Shown here piece after piece: positions 1 through 10,138 of a stretch of DNA of 64,000 nt. Made by a program: the position numbers and the translations under genes. A model generated the notes under the pieces. That model was given only the letters and a program-made list of their open reading frames with translations, did not search any database and had not been told where the DNA came from. The DNA lies in NCBI GenBank assembly GCA_963706285.1, contig CAVPLU010000010.1:96001-160000 (forward strand), read 5' to 3'. The stretch's first letter is position 1, and every line of letters begins with the position of its first letter. The DNA is from Candidatus Bathyarchaeota archaeon. Its GTDB lineage: Archaea; Thermoproteota; Bathyarchaeia; 40CM-2-53-6.

Positions 1-301
1 CGACGCTGGTCCTGGACGCTCCAACCGAATCTATGCCCAAGTAGTACAAGGTCATCGCCATGGGAAAGTGGAGCAAGCCCACTATCGTCCAAAGTGCTAC
101 GTCGGCAAGAGTGAATCGATCCCACAAAGCCGATTCGTAGAAGATAGCTACGATGAATGAAATGATGAATGTGGCTGCGATAGTTGCAAAGAGCCCATGG
201 ACTGGTCTAGTTGTCTCAAAGGCTTTCCTAAGCAGTATCTCCCGGCTACCCCACGCGAGAGCTGTAGTTAATGCAAGAAGGATGCCGACCGTCACGTCCA
301 T
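1..301 (-). CDS. EamA/DMT family transporter (runs off window edge)
   Basis: Manual translation from ATG at 301: MDVTVGILLALTTALAWGSREILLRKAF...TIVGLLHFPMAMTLYYLGIDSVGASRTSV, the typical DMT hydrophobic pattern; not in ORF track. Confidence 0.8.
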   Translation of the reverse strand, partial: MDVTVGILLALTTALAWGSREILLRKAFETTRPVHGLFATIAATFIISFIVAIFYESALWDRFTLADVALWTIVGLLHFPMAMTLYYLGIDSVGASRTSV

Positions 302-331
302 GATAATCCGCCGGATTTCGGGTAACTCGAT

Positions 332-1390
332 TTAAGAGCGTGGATTCTGAGGTTGCCTTGCAGTTTTCTTTGCGTTTATGTAATAGACATTCCAGTCAAA
401 GACGAAACTGCTTCCTTTGACAAAGCTTTGGAGGCCTTCTCTCAAATCGGAGAGGAAGAGTCTACGTTCAGTAGCAGACATTTCCGAGATCTCGTGCCTT
501 ATGGTGGCGCGGCACAGTCTCATCTGCACGTAGTCTCTGATCCCTTTCATGTGCACTCTGTATCGTCGGTTCCTGAGGTATGCTTTTCCAAACCCCGCGT
601 CGAGTACCATCTCGAGTTGTCTCTGGGAGCTGAGCGAACGGTGATAACTTTCCATTCGAGCGAGTGCAGACCTCTCGCGAGCCAATTCCGGGGAGGGGGT
701 TCCAGTCCGATGTCTGCTGAGAACTTCCCCGAATATCCGGTGAGGTTTGACATCAATTAGATGCCAATCGTTGAACACCAAAATGCCACCTGGCTTGAGG
801 ACCCTCAGGATCTCTTTCAGGCCGCTGCCGACATCGGAAATGGCAATGCCACAGTTGGAGATTGCGAGATCAAAGAATCCGTCTGGAAAATGCAGTTCTT
901 CGCCGCTCATCTTGATGAACTTAGCATTGTGAAAGCCGACTTTGATGGCTTTCCTTCGAGCAAGCGTGATCATTGCTTCTGATCTATCAATCCCCACGAC
1001 CACACCCACAGAACGGACCGCCCTACAGATTTCAATGGCTGCAACTCCGGAACCCGTTCCCAAGTCGAGAACTACGTCTCTTGATGACGGAGAAGCAATC
1101 CTGACAAGATCTTTCGCAAAGAGTCTGAAAACGGGCACCCAGTATTTCTCCCAGACAACTGCGTCCTCTTCCCAAAGAGACTCCAAGACTGAGTCAGCTT
1201 CGGTGAGGGTAATTCCCCAACGATCTTCAGGTCTCGCAGGTCCAATTGCGCCACTGGTAGCCGTTGATTCCGGTCCTGACGAGTTAGTTTGCGGCAAGTC
1301 TGATCGTGACCTTCCGGGCGATTTCAGGAAGAAGTAATGCGTTGCATATGCTTTAGTGTTCGCTTGTTTGCGGGGCAGGAGCGACGGCAT
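332..1390 (-). CDS. Class I SAM-dependent methyltransferase (UbiE-like); true start probably near 1210
   Basis: VLDLGTGSG motif I, GIDRSEAM, LHFPDGFFD, RVLKPGG. Confidence 0.85.
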   Translation of the reverse strand: MPSLLPRKQANTKAYATHYFFLKSPGRSRSDLPQTNSSGPESTATSGAIGPARPEDRWGITLTEADSVLESLWEEDAVVWEKYWVPVFRLFAKDLVRIASPSSRDVVLDLGTGSGVAAIEICRAVRSVGVVVGIDRSEAMITLARRKAIKVGFHNAKFIKMSGEELHFPDGFFDLAISNCGIAISDVGSGLKEILRVLKPGGILVFNDWHLIDVKPHRIFGEVLSRHRTGTPSPELARERSALARMESYHRSLSSQRQLEMVLDAGFGKAYLRNRRYRVHMKGIRDYVQMRLCRATIRHEISEMSATERRLFLSDLREGLQSFVKGSSFVFDWNVYYINAKKTARQPQNPRS

Positions 1391-1532
1391 CGTTGCTTTG
1401 GAGCCTAGATAGTCATTTATTCTCGGTTTGGGCTGCTCGATTTGAGAGGGACACGGTCTGTTTGATCAGCATGCTCAACTGCTGAAACCCAAGCAACTCA
1501 GGAAAATCCAGCAAGAGAGAATCAGGAAGACT

Positions 1533-2741
1533 GTGCAGTATGCTTACAGGAACGTTCCATTTTATCGGAGACGCTTCGACGAGGCTCAAGTGAAGCCTGA
1601 ATCGATCAAGACGCTTGACGATGTTGCGAAGATACCGTTCACTGTCAAGACGGATCTCAGAGACAACTACCCCCTAGGCATCCTCGCGGTTCCACCACGT
1701 CGCTTGTACTGTCTACATGCGTCATCTGGAACCACTGGAAAACCCATTGTGGTTGCGTACACGCGCAGAGATCTTGAGTGTTGGACTAGACTGATGGGCA
1801 GAACTTTTGACGTTGCCGGCGTTAGAAAGGGCGATATCGTCCAGAACATGTACGGCTACGGGCTCTTTACAGGTGGACTTGGCTTCCATTATGGCGCCAG
1901 AGCGGTCGGTGCAACCGTCGTGCCATCGAGTGTCGGTAACACTAAACGACAAATGATGCTAATGAAAGACCTCCGGAGCACTGTGGCTGCATGCACACCA
2001 TCTTACATGGTCTACCTATGCGAAGCAAGCCGCGCTGAAGGCTACAGCCCGAGAACCGATTTTGTGCTCAAGATCGGCCTCTTCGGCGCGGAACCGTGGA
2101 GCGAAGAAGCACGAAAACGAATTGAGGACACGTTCGGGCTCCGAGCCCACGATTGTTTCGGCATGTCCGAACTGTATGGCCCTGGCGTGGCGATCGAGTG
2201 CGATCAAAGGAATGGGCTACATGTTTGGGGCGACGAATTCTTGGTCGAGACGATCAATCCCGACACTGGTGAAGTTCTTGAGCCAGGCAGTGAAGGCGAA
2301 CTTGTTTTCACGATGCTTTCGCGAGAGGCGATGCCTCTACTTCGCTACCGCACACGAGATCTCTCAAGAGTCTTCGAGGAAGAATGCGCATGCGGCAGAT
2401 ATCACAGTCGCATTCAGCGTATAAAGGGACGAAGTGATGACATGCTCATTATCGGTGGCGTGAACATTTTTCCGAGCCAAGTGGAGCATGTGTTGATGAA
2501 TGTTCGCGGACTTGGAGATCAGTACCAGATAGTTGTATCCCACGAGGAGCTTGACCGATTGGCTGTGAAAGTCGAAGCTCCTAAGGGTAGATTGAACGAT
2601 CCCGAGCTCTTGAAAAAGGTTCAGACTGATCTTTTTGCCACTCTAGGAATACGCACAAGAGTCGAGCTTGTTGAGGAAGGCTCTCTTCCACGCTTGGAAG
2701 GCAAGGCAAAGCGTGTTGTCGATCTTCGACCAAAGGAGTAG
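1533..2741 (+). CDS. paaK: Phenylacetate-CoA ligase (start may extend to ~1458)
   Basis: HASSGTTGKP, YGYGLFTGGLG, GAEPWSE, GRSDDMLIIGGVNIFPSQVE, GKAKRVVD. Confidence 0.9.
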   Translation: MQYAYRNVPFYRRRFDEAQVKPESIKTLDDVAKIPFTVKTDLRDNYPLGILAVPPRRLYCLHASSGTTGKPIVVAYTRRDLECWTRLMGRTFDVAGVRKGDIVQNMYGYGLFTGGLGFHYGARAVGATVVPSSVGNTKRQMMLMKDLRSTVAACTPSYMVYLCEASRAEGYSPRTDFVLKIGLFGAEPWSEEARKRIEDTFGLRAHDCFGMSELYGPGVAIECDQRNGLHVWGDEFLVETINPDTGEVLEPGSEGELVFTMLSREAMPLLRYRTRDLSRVFEEECACGRYHSRIQRIKGRSDDMLIIGGVNIFPSQVEHVLMNVRGLGDQYQIVVSHEELDRLAVKVEAPKGRLNDPELLKKVQTDLFATLGIRTRVELVEEGSLPRLEGKAKRVVDLRPKE

Positions 2742-2760
2742 TCTCTGAGGTAATACTGGT

Positions 2761-4386
2761 TTGAGAAGACCTTCAATAGGCCTAACGCTATTTGTCGCCT
2801 TGATTTTCGTAGGCGCCTTTCTCAATCTGAAGTTCGTCCTTGCAATTCTCGCGCTGATCGTCGTGTTCGTAGGAATTGTCGAGTTCCGCCAATCAGGATC
2901 CACCATGGCAATCGTGAGTCTGGCGTTGGTTCTGGTTCTAGCAATTGGTTACTTCAACACCAACCCGCTGGTGGCGGCTGGCGCTGCGATCTATGGTATC
3001 TTCAAGTCTTTCGGCATAACGATCTCAGTACTCGCAACAATCCTGATGATCTTGCTAATGAGCGAGGTTAAGGCACTAGAGAGGATTTCCGTTGCGGTAA
3101 GAGCTGCGGCCACGACAAAGGAACAACAAGCTCTCTTCCTAAGTGTAGGGTTTGGGTCTTTCGCGACCTCGCTCGGAGTTGTGACGCCGTCGCTTCTTCC
3201 GCCTTTATTGATTGCGATGGAGTTTTCACCATTCGTTGCGATAGCGCTCTCAGTGCTTGGGTACAATGCAACCACATCTTACGCGCTCCTTTCGGTCCCA
3301 ATTAGCATGCCCGCGGACGTTTTCAAACTCGACGTGTTTATGCTCGTCTACAAGGTGAATATCTTTCTTCCAGTTGTTTCAGTTCTGGTATCAATCGCGA
3401 TGTTGTGGGTAGTCGGGCGCGGATCATCCGTCAGGAAAGGCCTAGTTCCAGCAATCCTAGCAGGCCTTTCGATTGGACTCTCATGTCTTCTCTTTGGATT
3501 TCTGCAGGTGCCGATCATGCTGATCGGAGTCTTAGCCGGGCTCGTCGGCATGCTCGTGCTCTACCTACTGCGGAACATTACAACTGCGACCGCGCGAGCT
3601 TCTGAACCGATCGATCGATCAGAGACACTGAAGGCACTCAGTCCGTGGTTCATTCTAATAGTTCTGGCATTGATGGTTAGTGTTCCCCAAGTTACAGACT
3701 GGCTTAGGCGCCTCGACGGACCCATTTTCTGGATCTTCGACAGACCCTTAGATTTGGATGCATTTGCTCAAGTCTACACTTGGATCTTCGTAGCAACCGT
3801 ACTATCGTTACCTATTCTGAAACCGACTCGACAGCAACTAAGAAAGACTGTAAATCTCTGGTTGAAGAGAATCCTGCAGCCATTCATCGCTTATGCTTTG
3901 TTCTTCGGAGTTGCGTATGTTATGGCGTGGAGCGCGATGGATCTCGCGAACGGCGCTATAGTTCCCACGAGCACGTTCGCAAGCATGAACATGAACAATG
4001 TAGTGGGGTTGACTTTGGCCGCGGTTTTCGGTTCAATGTTTGTGTTTGTCGCGCCTTGGCTGGGGCTCTTCGGAGCAGTCGTCGGAGGTTCTGAAGCAAG
4101 CTCAAACGTGATGTTCTTCCCGATCCAGCATAAAGCCGTGGAAGGCGTAGGTCTTACCGGCGCCGGACAGAATAGCTCAGCTTTCATGACTATCTACGGG
4201 TCCCACGCAAACGCAGGAGGCATCGCTTCAGCGATAACTCCGTCAAAGATCAACAATGCGGCCACAACGATCGGAGCGGACGCGAAGCTCGAAAGCGAGG
4301 TTATGAGAAGCAATCTTCCGATCGTGCTCGTGATCACATTTATTGTCGGACTTCTAACGGGCCTGTTCATCATGTTTGGGATCTAG
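2761..4386 (+). CDS. L-lactate permease (LctP)-like carboxylate transporter
   Basis: Polytopic membrane protein with APWLGLFGAVVGGSEASSNVMF and NAGGIASAITPSKI LctP-like motifs. Confidence 0.75.
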   Translation: MRRPSIGLTLFVALIFVGAFLNLKFVLAILALIVVFVGIVEFRQSGSTMAIVSLALVLVLAIGYFNTNPLVAAGAAIYGIFKSFGITISVLATILMILLMSEVKALERISVAVRAAATTKEQQALFLSVGFGSFATSLGVVTPSLLPPLLIAMEFSPFVAIALSVLGYNATTSYALLSVPISMPADVFKLDVFMLVYKVNIFLPVVSVLVSIAMLWVVGRGSSVRKGLVPAILAGLSIGLSCLLFGFLQVPIMLIGVLAGLVGMLVLYLLRNITTATARASEPIDRSETLKALSPWFILIVLALMVSVPQVTDWLRRLDGPIFWIFDRPLDLDAFAQVYTWIFVATVLSLPILKPTRQQLRKTVNLWLKRILQPFIAYALFFGVAYVMAWSAMDLANGAIVPTSTFASMNMNNVVGLTLAAVFGSMFVFVAPWLGLFGAVVGGSEASSNVMFFPIQHKAVEGVGLTGAGQNSSAFMTIYGSHANAGGIASAITPSKINNAATTIGADAKLESEVMRSNLPIVLVITFIVGLLTGLFIMFGI

Positions 4387-4400
4387 AAGCAAAGCGAACC

Positions 4401-5054
4401 ATGGCACAGCGATGTGAAGCGCTAGTCCTTTATCATATGTCGCAGTCTCCTCAACGGATGATCAAGATGGACTATTTTGAAACAGTGAAAACCAGACAAT
4501 CAATCCGAGCATTTCAGAAGAAACCCGTAGAAGAAGAGAAAATCCTTAGGATTATCGAAGCTCTCAACTTGGCGCCGTCGGCAGGCAATTTGCAGGCATA
4601 CGAAGTCGTGGTTGTCAAGGATCCGATGCTCAGAGATCAGCTGGCGAAGGCAGCTTCGGGGGAAGGTTTTGTTTCAGAAGCGCCTGTCTGTTTTGTCTTC
4701 TTGACGTATCCTGAACGCTCATCCAAGAAATATGGACACAGAGGTTCTGAGTTATACTCTCTCCAAGACGCGACGATAGCCACCACATGCGCGATGTTTG
4801 CAGCTACGGCGCTCGGGTTGTCATCGACATGGGTTGGAGCATTTAATGAGGAAGCGGCGGCTAGAGTGGTTGGTGCACGGAGAGAAGAACGCGTTGTCGC
4901 GATTTTGCCAATTGGCTACGCGGCTGAGACTCCGGAAATGACTTCCAGGAGACCCATCAGCGATGGTGTATTCTTAGACACTTGCGGGGCGTCGTACCCG
5001 TTCTCATACACAGATGAGAGTTACAAGAGGTCGACTCGGAAAACTAAAGGCTAG
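4401..5054 (+). CDS. Nitroreductase family protein
   Basis: RQSIRAF, APSAGNLQ, LGLSSTWVGAF. Confidence 0.9.
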   Translation: MAQRCEALVLYHMSQSPQRMIKMDYFETVKTRQSIRAFQKKPVEEEKILRIIEALNLAPSAGNLQAYEVVVVKDPMLRDQLAKAASGEGFVSEAPVCFVFLTYPERSSKKYGHRGSELYSLQDATIATTCAMFAATALGLSSTWVGAFNEEAAARVVGARREERVVAILPIGYAAETPEMTSRRPISDGVFLDTCGASYPFSYTDESYKRSTRKTKG

Positions 5055-6106
5055 ACTTCTCTGAACAGGAACGGGTTGAGACATTTCATCTTCTCACGCC
5101 AAGTCTCCGGGTGGAGTAGTCGTTCCGTCGCGGCTACGCTGCTCAGCAAGCTGTTGCCATCTTGCGGAGTGAAACTGAAGCCTACAACTTCTCCATGCTC
5201 CCTGACGGATAACGTAGGAAGAACGATTGTGGTTTGGTTGAGTATACGTCCGTAGTGTCCGTGGTCACGGCCAAACGAGAACACCAGTGCAGTTTGGTCC
5301 TTGTATGTAGTAGCGACGAACGGGTTTGCGCGAATTCGCGCGACTACCTCTTCATGCGTGATGGGTTCCTCGAGCTTCAATGAGAACCAGATTGAATGCA
5401 TATACTGGGTTGGAATCTTGATGCTGCTTGAGAACAGGTTGAGATCACAGCCCATCGTCTGGAAGAGCGCATGTGCATCGCGGGCATGATGTGTTCCAAA
5501 GCGCTCGTTCTTGTGAGCGTCAACTTGTGGACTGGCTGTGAAACCTTTCTCTTCGCTGAGATCTGAGGCACGACGCATACAAACAAACCTGCCCTCCTTA
5601 AGGTGGGAACTCTCGCCTTCGAATGCGAGTGTCTTGATGATCGCTGCGACATTGTGCGTATTGCATGAGGCGACTTGCACATACCTGTGAGTGTCGGATA
5701 GAATGTTATCATTTATGCCATGAGCATAGATGGGTCCGAATCCGAACTCTGAACCCTGGGCAATAAAACCACGCGGGCCATCGATCTTCTCATAATATTT
5801 TCTCTTGTTGTCTAGACCTGTTCCCGATGGAGTGCAATCGATGACCGCGGTCGCTCGACGCATTCCGTCTTCGTACTCGTAGGTGGGTTCCATTTCGAGT
5901 TCTTGAAAGGTCCTCCACTTCTCCTTCTCTGCGCACAGCTTAGCATCTCTCTTGAGAAGATCCCAGACCTTCGTTCGATCAGTCAGGAGCGGGGTTCGCT
6001 TCGAGAACGTTACCTCATCGATCCCTAGTTCTTTTCTGAAGTCTGCAAGAAGGCCGATCAGTGGTTCGCCTATCGTTCCGGTTCCTACGACATGAACGAT
6101 ATTCAA
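5051..6106 (-). CDS. Divergent type II GAPDH-like NAD(P)-dependent dehydrogenase
   Basis: VVGTGTIG Rossmann motif, VIDCTP, VASCNTH catalytic Cys motif, THHARD. Confidence 0.65.
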   Translation of the reverse strand: MNIVHVVGTGTIGEPLIGLLADFRKELGIDEVTFSKRTPLLTDRTKVWDLLKRDAKLCAEKEKWRTFQELEMEPTYEYEDGMRRATAVIDCTPSGTGLDNKRKYYEKIDGPRGFIAQGSEFGFGPIYAHGINDNILSDTHRYVQVASCNTHNVAAIIKTLAFEGESSHLKEGRFVCMRRASDLSEEKGFTASPQVDAHKNERFGTHHARDAHALFQTMGCDLNLFSSSIKIPTQYMHSIWFSLKLEEPITHEEVVARIRANPFVATTYKDQTALVFSFGRDHGHYGRILNQTTIVLPTLSVREHGEVVGFSFTPQDGNSLLSSVAATERLLHPETWREKMKCLNPFLFREV

Positions 6107-6220
6107 GAGCTAGATTCCGAGGTCATGTTCGACTCATGCGAGATAAAACTGCTTCTATGTTCCTGAGCGCAGACCGGAGAAAACCGTTATCACATGGGAT
6201 GAACATGCTTAACGCGCTCG

Positions 6221-6317
6221 GGGCCGGTAGTTCAGCTGGTTAGAAAGCCCAAAGCTTGGCTTGAACGTCGGCTTTACACGCCGAAGGTCGCCGGTTCGAT
6301 CCCGGTCCGGCCCACCA
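6221..6317 (+). tRNA. trnV: tRNA-Val(TAC) with 20-nt non-canonical intron (6244-6263, position 22/23) and encoded CCA
   Basis: Acceptor GGGCCGG/CCGGCCC, anticodon arm TCGGC-TTTACAC-GCCGA, T-arm GCCGG-TTCGATC-CCGGT; removing the insert restores D-stem GTTC/GAAC. Confidence 0.92.
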
Positions 6318-6457
6318 TGTCCCACGCACTTTAGATCATGATCGTTCGCTAACAATGCTGCCCACCACTGAGATTGGCTAACTTCAAATGCTCTAGACAT
6401 CGATCAATTCCATCGTGTACGCGCCGCTGTAGCGCGTGACGTAAGGAGACTAGCGCC

Positions 6458-7459
6458 GTGGCAGACTGGCGAGATCAGCTGAAGTTTGACCCATTGCCTC
6501 CGCTACTTTCTTCGGAGAATAGGTCGCTCATCCATTTTGCACAGCGCGACCTGCTCGATGAACAACCAGATTCCTCGGAGTCATTATGGCAACTGCCCGA
6601 GGTTAAGAGAATCCTCAACACACAGCTGAACGATGGCGCGTGGAAGTATCCTGCAGGCAAGAAACACATACGGTCTCAAGACAATTACAACCAAATAGAA
6701 ACCTTCAGGATCCTAGGTCAACTTGTTGAGATGCACGGCCTCAACAAACGACACTCAGCAATCAGAGCAGCCGCCGAATACCTATTCTCTCATCAAACAG
6801 AAGAGGGAGATTTCGCCCGGGGAATCTTAGGCAATCAATATGCGCCCTACTACTCCGCAGCCATCATGGAACTACTGATCAAGACTGGATACGACACTGA
6901 CCCTAGGATAGACAGAGGTTTTCGATGGCTTCTAGCCGTTCGCCAGAACGATGGCGGTTGGGCCATCCCCTTCAGAACCGTCGGGGGCAAGTTTGGCGGA
7001 CGCACGAACTGGGCTAGGATTCTGCATGCTGACACGATTAGTCCTGATTTGTCAAAACCGTTCTCCCACATGGTGACCGGCATGGTGCTGCGTGCCTTTG
7101 CAGCCCATCGCAAATACAGAACATCCGCAGAGGCATCGACCGCTGGTAAGCTCCTAGTTTCAAGATTCTTCAGAAAGGACACGTACTCGGACAGACAGAG
7201 CGTTGCTTTCTGGACGAAGTTCTCATACCCCTTCTGGTTCACGGATCTGCTCTCAGCGCTTGATTCACTCTCGCTAATGGGATTCACCAGAGACGATTCG
7301 CAAATCAATAGAGCACTCAACTGGTTCGTTGCCAAGCAAAAGAAAAACGGAGTTTGGAAATTGCCCATATTGAGAGGTAAGGATAAAGATCTTCCACTGT
7401 GGATCAGTTTGGCGATTTGCCGAGTGTTCAGACGGCTACTTTCTGAAACGAAAACCTAG
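6458..7459 (+). CDS. Prenyltransferase/squalene-cyclase repeat (alpha-alpha barrel) protein
   Basis: Repeated QW-like motifs: QLNDGAW, QTEEGDF, WLLAVRQNDGGW, KQKKNGVW. Confidence 0.7.
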   Translation: MADWRDQLKFDPLPPLLSSENRSLIHFAQRDLLDEQPDSSESLWQLPEVKRILNTQLNDGAWKYPAGKKHIRSQDNYNQIETFRILGQLVEMHGLNKRHSAIRAAAEYLFSHQTEEGDFARGILGNQYAPYYSAAIMELLIKTGYDTDPRIDRGFRWLLAVRQNDGGWAIPFRTVGGKFGGRTNWARILHADTISPDLSKPFSHMVTGMVLRAFAAHRKYRTSAEASTAGKLLVSRFFRKDTYSDRQSVAFWTKFSYPFWFTDLLSALDSLSLMGFTRDDSQINRALNWFVAKQKKNGVWKLPILRGKDKDLPLWISLAICRVFRRLLSETKT

Positions 7460-7496
7460 CCACAGCATAACAGTCACAGGGTATACAGGGCCCTCC

Positions 7497-8525
7497 ATGC
7501 CAGATCTTATCAAACAGACTTTGAATCTATTCATTGAGATTCTCTTGTCAGATTTCCGCATAGTCTTCTTCGACGAGATTGATGATCCTTACAAAGTCAC
7601 ATTACTCTTTCAACTGAGCCTCCCTTGGCCCGCAATGCCTAGACTACTTCAGGAACTCAGGTCGAACGACGACAGATACACTCGTGAGTTCGGGATATTT
7701 GCTGTCACCAAAGAAGGAACCGTTGCTAGCGGGCATCTGCTAATGCGAATCTCCACCCAAACCACTAAAGGAAGATTGGAGGTGGGCGGAATCAGCGCCG
7801 TCAGTACTAGACCAGACTTTGCCAGAAGCGGGCTCATGACAAGTGTGACGAACAAAGCACACGAATACTTCCGAGAACTTGACCTTGAGTACAGCGTCCT
7901 GACAACATCTAGACGTCTGGGCGCGATGACGCTGTATCAGCAGTTGGATTATCGCGAGATATCTCACTCTATGGTTGCGGTGAAGTATCCAAATCAACCA
8001 CGCACACCCCCGCCAGAAGATGTACGTGTCCGAGCGTTCTCAGAAACAGATGTTGCCGACATTGATGGAGTTTACAAGCGAGCGGTCGAGGGAAGTACCG
8101 GATTCATCTACAGACCAAGGAACTTCCTCAAGGCACGGAACTACACCAAGGGTCTTCAGATCAAACCTAGGGAAAACATGCGGTTGGTGGAACGTGGAGA
8201 TTCAGTCACAGGATATGCGTACTGGGAGTCGAGCCCAACGACCTCAGACGCTCTAGAAATCATGGCCAATGATGAAATATCATTCCATGGCCTCTTGGCC
8301 GATGCAGAACGCCGAAACCCTGACGCGGCAGTGACGGTCTGGTGCGATGGTCTAATAGACCCTGAGATCAAATGGTTGAAAAGAGCTGGCTACGAGGGCC
8401 CTCTTGAAGCGTACGGAAGTTTTCTTGCAAAGTCCCTGAAACAAGAGACCAATTCGCATAGCATTAAGGAAATGTATGGCGTGGAGTTGGGCAAGTTCCG
8501 GATCGGCCTATTGGATGGCACCTAG
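7497..8525 (+). CDS. GNAT family acetyltransferase (Eis-like); start probably ~7545
   Basis: GGISAVSTRPDFARSGLM motif A, tandem GNAT-like folds. Confidence 0.75.
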   Translation: MPDLIKQTLNLFIEILLSDFRIVFFDEIDDPYKVTLLFQLSLPWPAMPRLLQELRSNDDRYTREFGIFAVTKEGTVASGHLLMRISTQTTKGRLEVGGISAVSTRPDFARSGLMTSVTNKAHEYFRELDLEYSVLTTSRRLGAMTLYQQLDYREISHSMVAVKYPNQPRTPPPEDVRVRAFSETDVADIDGVYKRAVEGSTGFIYRPRNFLKARNYTKGLQIKPRENMRLVERGDSVTGYAYWESSPTTSDALEIMANDEISFHGLLADAERRNPDAAVTVWCDGLIDPEIKWLKRAGYEGPLEAYGSFLAKSLKQETNSHSIKEMYGVELGKFRIGLLDGT

Positions 8526-8615
8526 CATGTTAGTGAAGTCTCAACCTCCATCGCCCACACTGAAGAAGGCATCCACGAAATGACGGTATGAACAGCGAAT
8601 GAACGCATTAGGGGA

Positions 8616-8987
8616 GTGAGACGACTGGCAGGCAAGGAATTGGAGAAAGTCGCGTCTCAGAAACTCATTCACCTTACAACCACAGGCAGAAAGACTCGAA
8701 ATCCCCACACTGTGGAGCTCTGGTTTGCCTTCTGCAACGACAAAGTGTACCTGAGCCATGAAGGCTCAAAGACCGACTGGATCAAGAATATCCAAAACAA
8801 TGATGAAGTCTCGTTTGAGATAGATGGAAAGCATTTCGGAGGGAGAGCACGCATGCTCGAAAAGGGCACTCAGGAAGCATGGCAGGCCAAGGTGGCCCTC
8901 TATGAAAAGTACTATGGCAAAGCAGCTGATGAGATCATTGAGGATTGGTTCTCATTGTCGCGACTCATTGCGGTCGAACCTTCGTAA
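8616..8987 (+). CDS. Deazaflavin (F420)-dependent nitroreductase / split-barrel flavin protein
   Basis: LTTTGRKT...ELWF...DWIKNI pattern. Confidence 0.75.
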   Translation: MRRLAGKELEKVASQKLIHLTTTGRKTRNPHTVELWFAFCNDKVYLSHEGSKTDWIKNIQNNDEVSFEIDGKHFGGRARMLEKGTQEAWQAKVALYEKYYGKAADEIIEDWFSLSRLIAVEPS

Positions 8988-9529
8988 AGAGCTTGTGTCC
9001 ACAGAAGATCACTCATCCAGATGGTTCAAACTTAGATGCACGCACCTAGGAACCTCCACGAAAGACCTAACACTAACCATAGCGCCATTACTTGTGGCGA
9101 TTTGTTTCCCTCGGCCACAGGTCTAGCACTTGGAGTGTCAGGGTCAGAAACTCAAGAGTCATCTGATGGGACTGGGAGTTCCATCCGAGATCATTAGATG
9201 ACCGCTTCCTAAGTTGCACTAAAGATGCGGGTACTAACTTCTGGATTCACACACATTGTGTTAGAGAGGCAAGCTGTCGTTGTGCAGGTTTCTACCTGTG
9301 TCCCAATTGTGAAAGAGACGCCAAACCATGGAAAGCCACGGCAAGTGATTCGACTCGGCAGCTTCAACTACCGAAAAGTATGACACGCGATTAACACGGA
9401 AGTGTAGACTCTCCCTGAGAATCAGGGTCATCTGAGCACGTAGCTAAGAATCCCACTTCGTTTGACGCGCTTGGTTTCAGAATCGTTATCCATCAGCTCA
9501 GCATAATGAATCTTGTAGGCGATTTCAGG

Positions 9530-9890
9530 ATGGTCAAAATAGAGTATCGTCCATGGGAGGAAATCATCATTCACGAAGTAGTGGAGTATCCCTTGGCGGC
9601 ATTCCTTGAGATGCAGAGCTTCGGTGTTCCTCCAGGAGCGATGGGGCGAAGTCTGATGTGGGCAGGCGGGGTTGCGTTTGCGTATGTTGCGATGCCTGCA
9701 AGCGATGATGTTGTGGCTGAGCAGTTGAAGGGCAGGATGCATTGGGCGAGCGTTGTCTTCGCAGCAATGCCCACCTATGAGAGCACGATACTTCTCCAGG
9801 AGACTGAGTATCCGCATCCCCGTAGTGGATGTGAGTGGCAATCCAACGTTGTACGCGGTTGCTCGGTGGCTGCGTGAACACGCAGCCTGA
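9530..9890 (+). CDS. Archaeal hypothetical protein (one apparent frameshift near 9800)
   Basis: MVKIEYRPWEEIIIHE...LMWAGGVAF continues in another frame as RIPVVDVSGNPTLYAVARWLREHAA*. Confidence 0.6.
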
Positions 9891-10138
9891 GCTCCACATC
9901 TAGCCCTTAGAGGATCATCGAGAGTAGTTGTCGGAGGGTCAGCGTTCGAGCGTTCTTTCTGTACGCACCTATGTTCAGGATTTCTTCGATTTCCATGCTT
10001 CTTCACGCCACCTATCACTATGGTACATCAATGCTCCGATATAAGTACACTGTCGTGTTTCGACACATATCAAGAGATAGGATATGGAAAATCCATGAAC
10101 TCGAGCAGGAAATGAATCATCAGTTCGCGTCCAGAATC

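Larger units (their letters stand above)
6344..9047 (+). repeat. Dispersed degenerate tRNA 3'-end-like repeats between accessory genes (6344-6367, 7489-7501, 8538-8563, 9023-9047)
   Basis: GTTCGCTA-ACAAT-GCTGCCC-A-CCA and GGTTCAAAC-TTAGA-TGCACGC-A-CCT keep the T-loop+5+7+1+3 spacing; GGCCCTCCATGCC matches the tRNA-Val end GGCCCACCATGTC at 11/13. Confidence 0.45.

Noticed and set aside
6125-6139. T-arm-like hairpin CATG-TTCGACT-CATG upstream of tRNA-Val
   Set aside because: No acceptor or CCA follows; too short to support a split or permuted tRNA.
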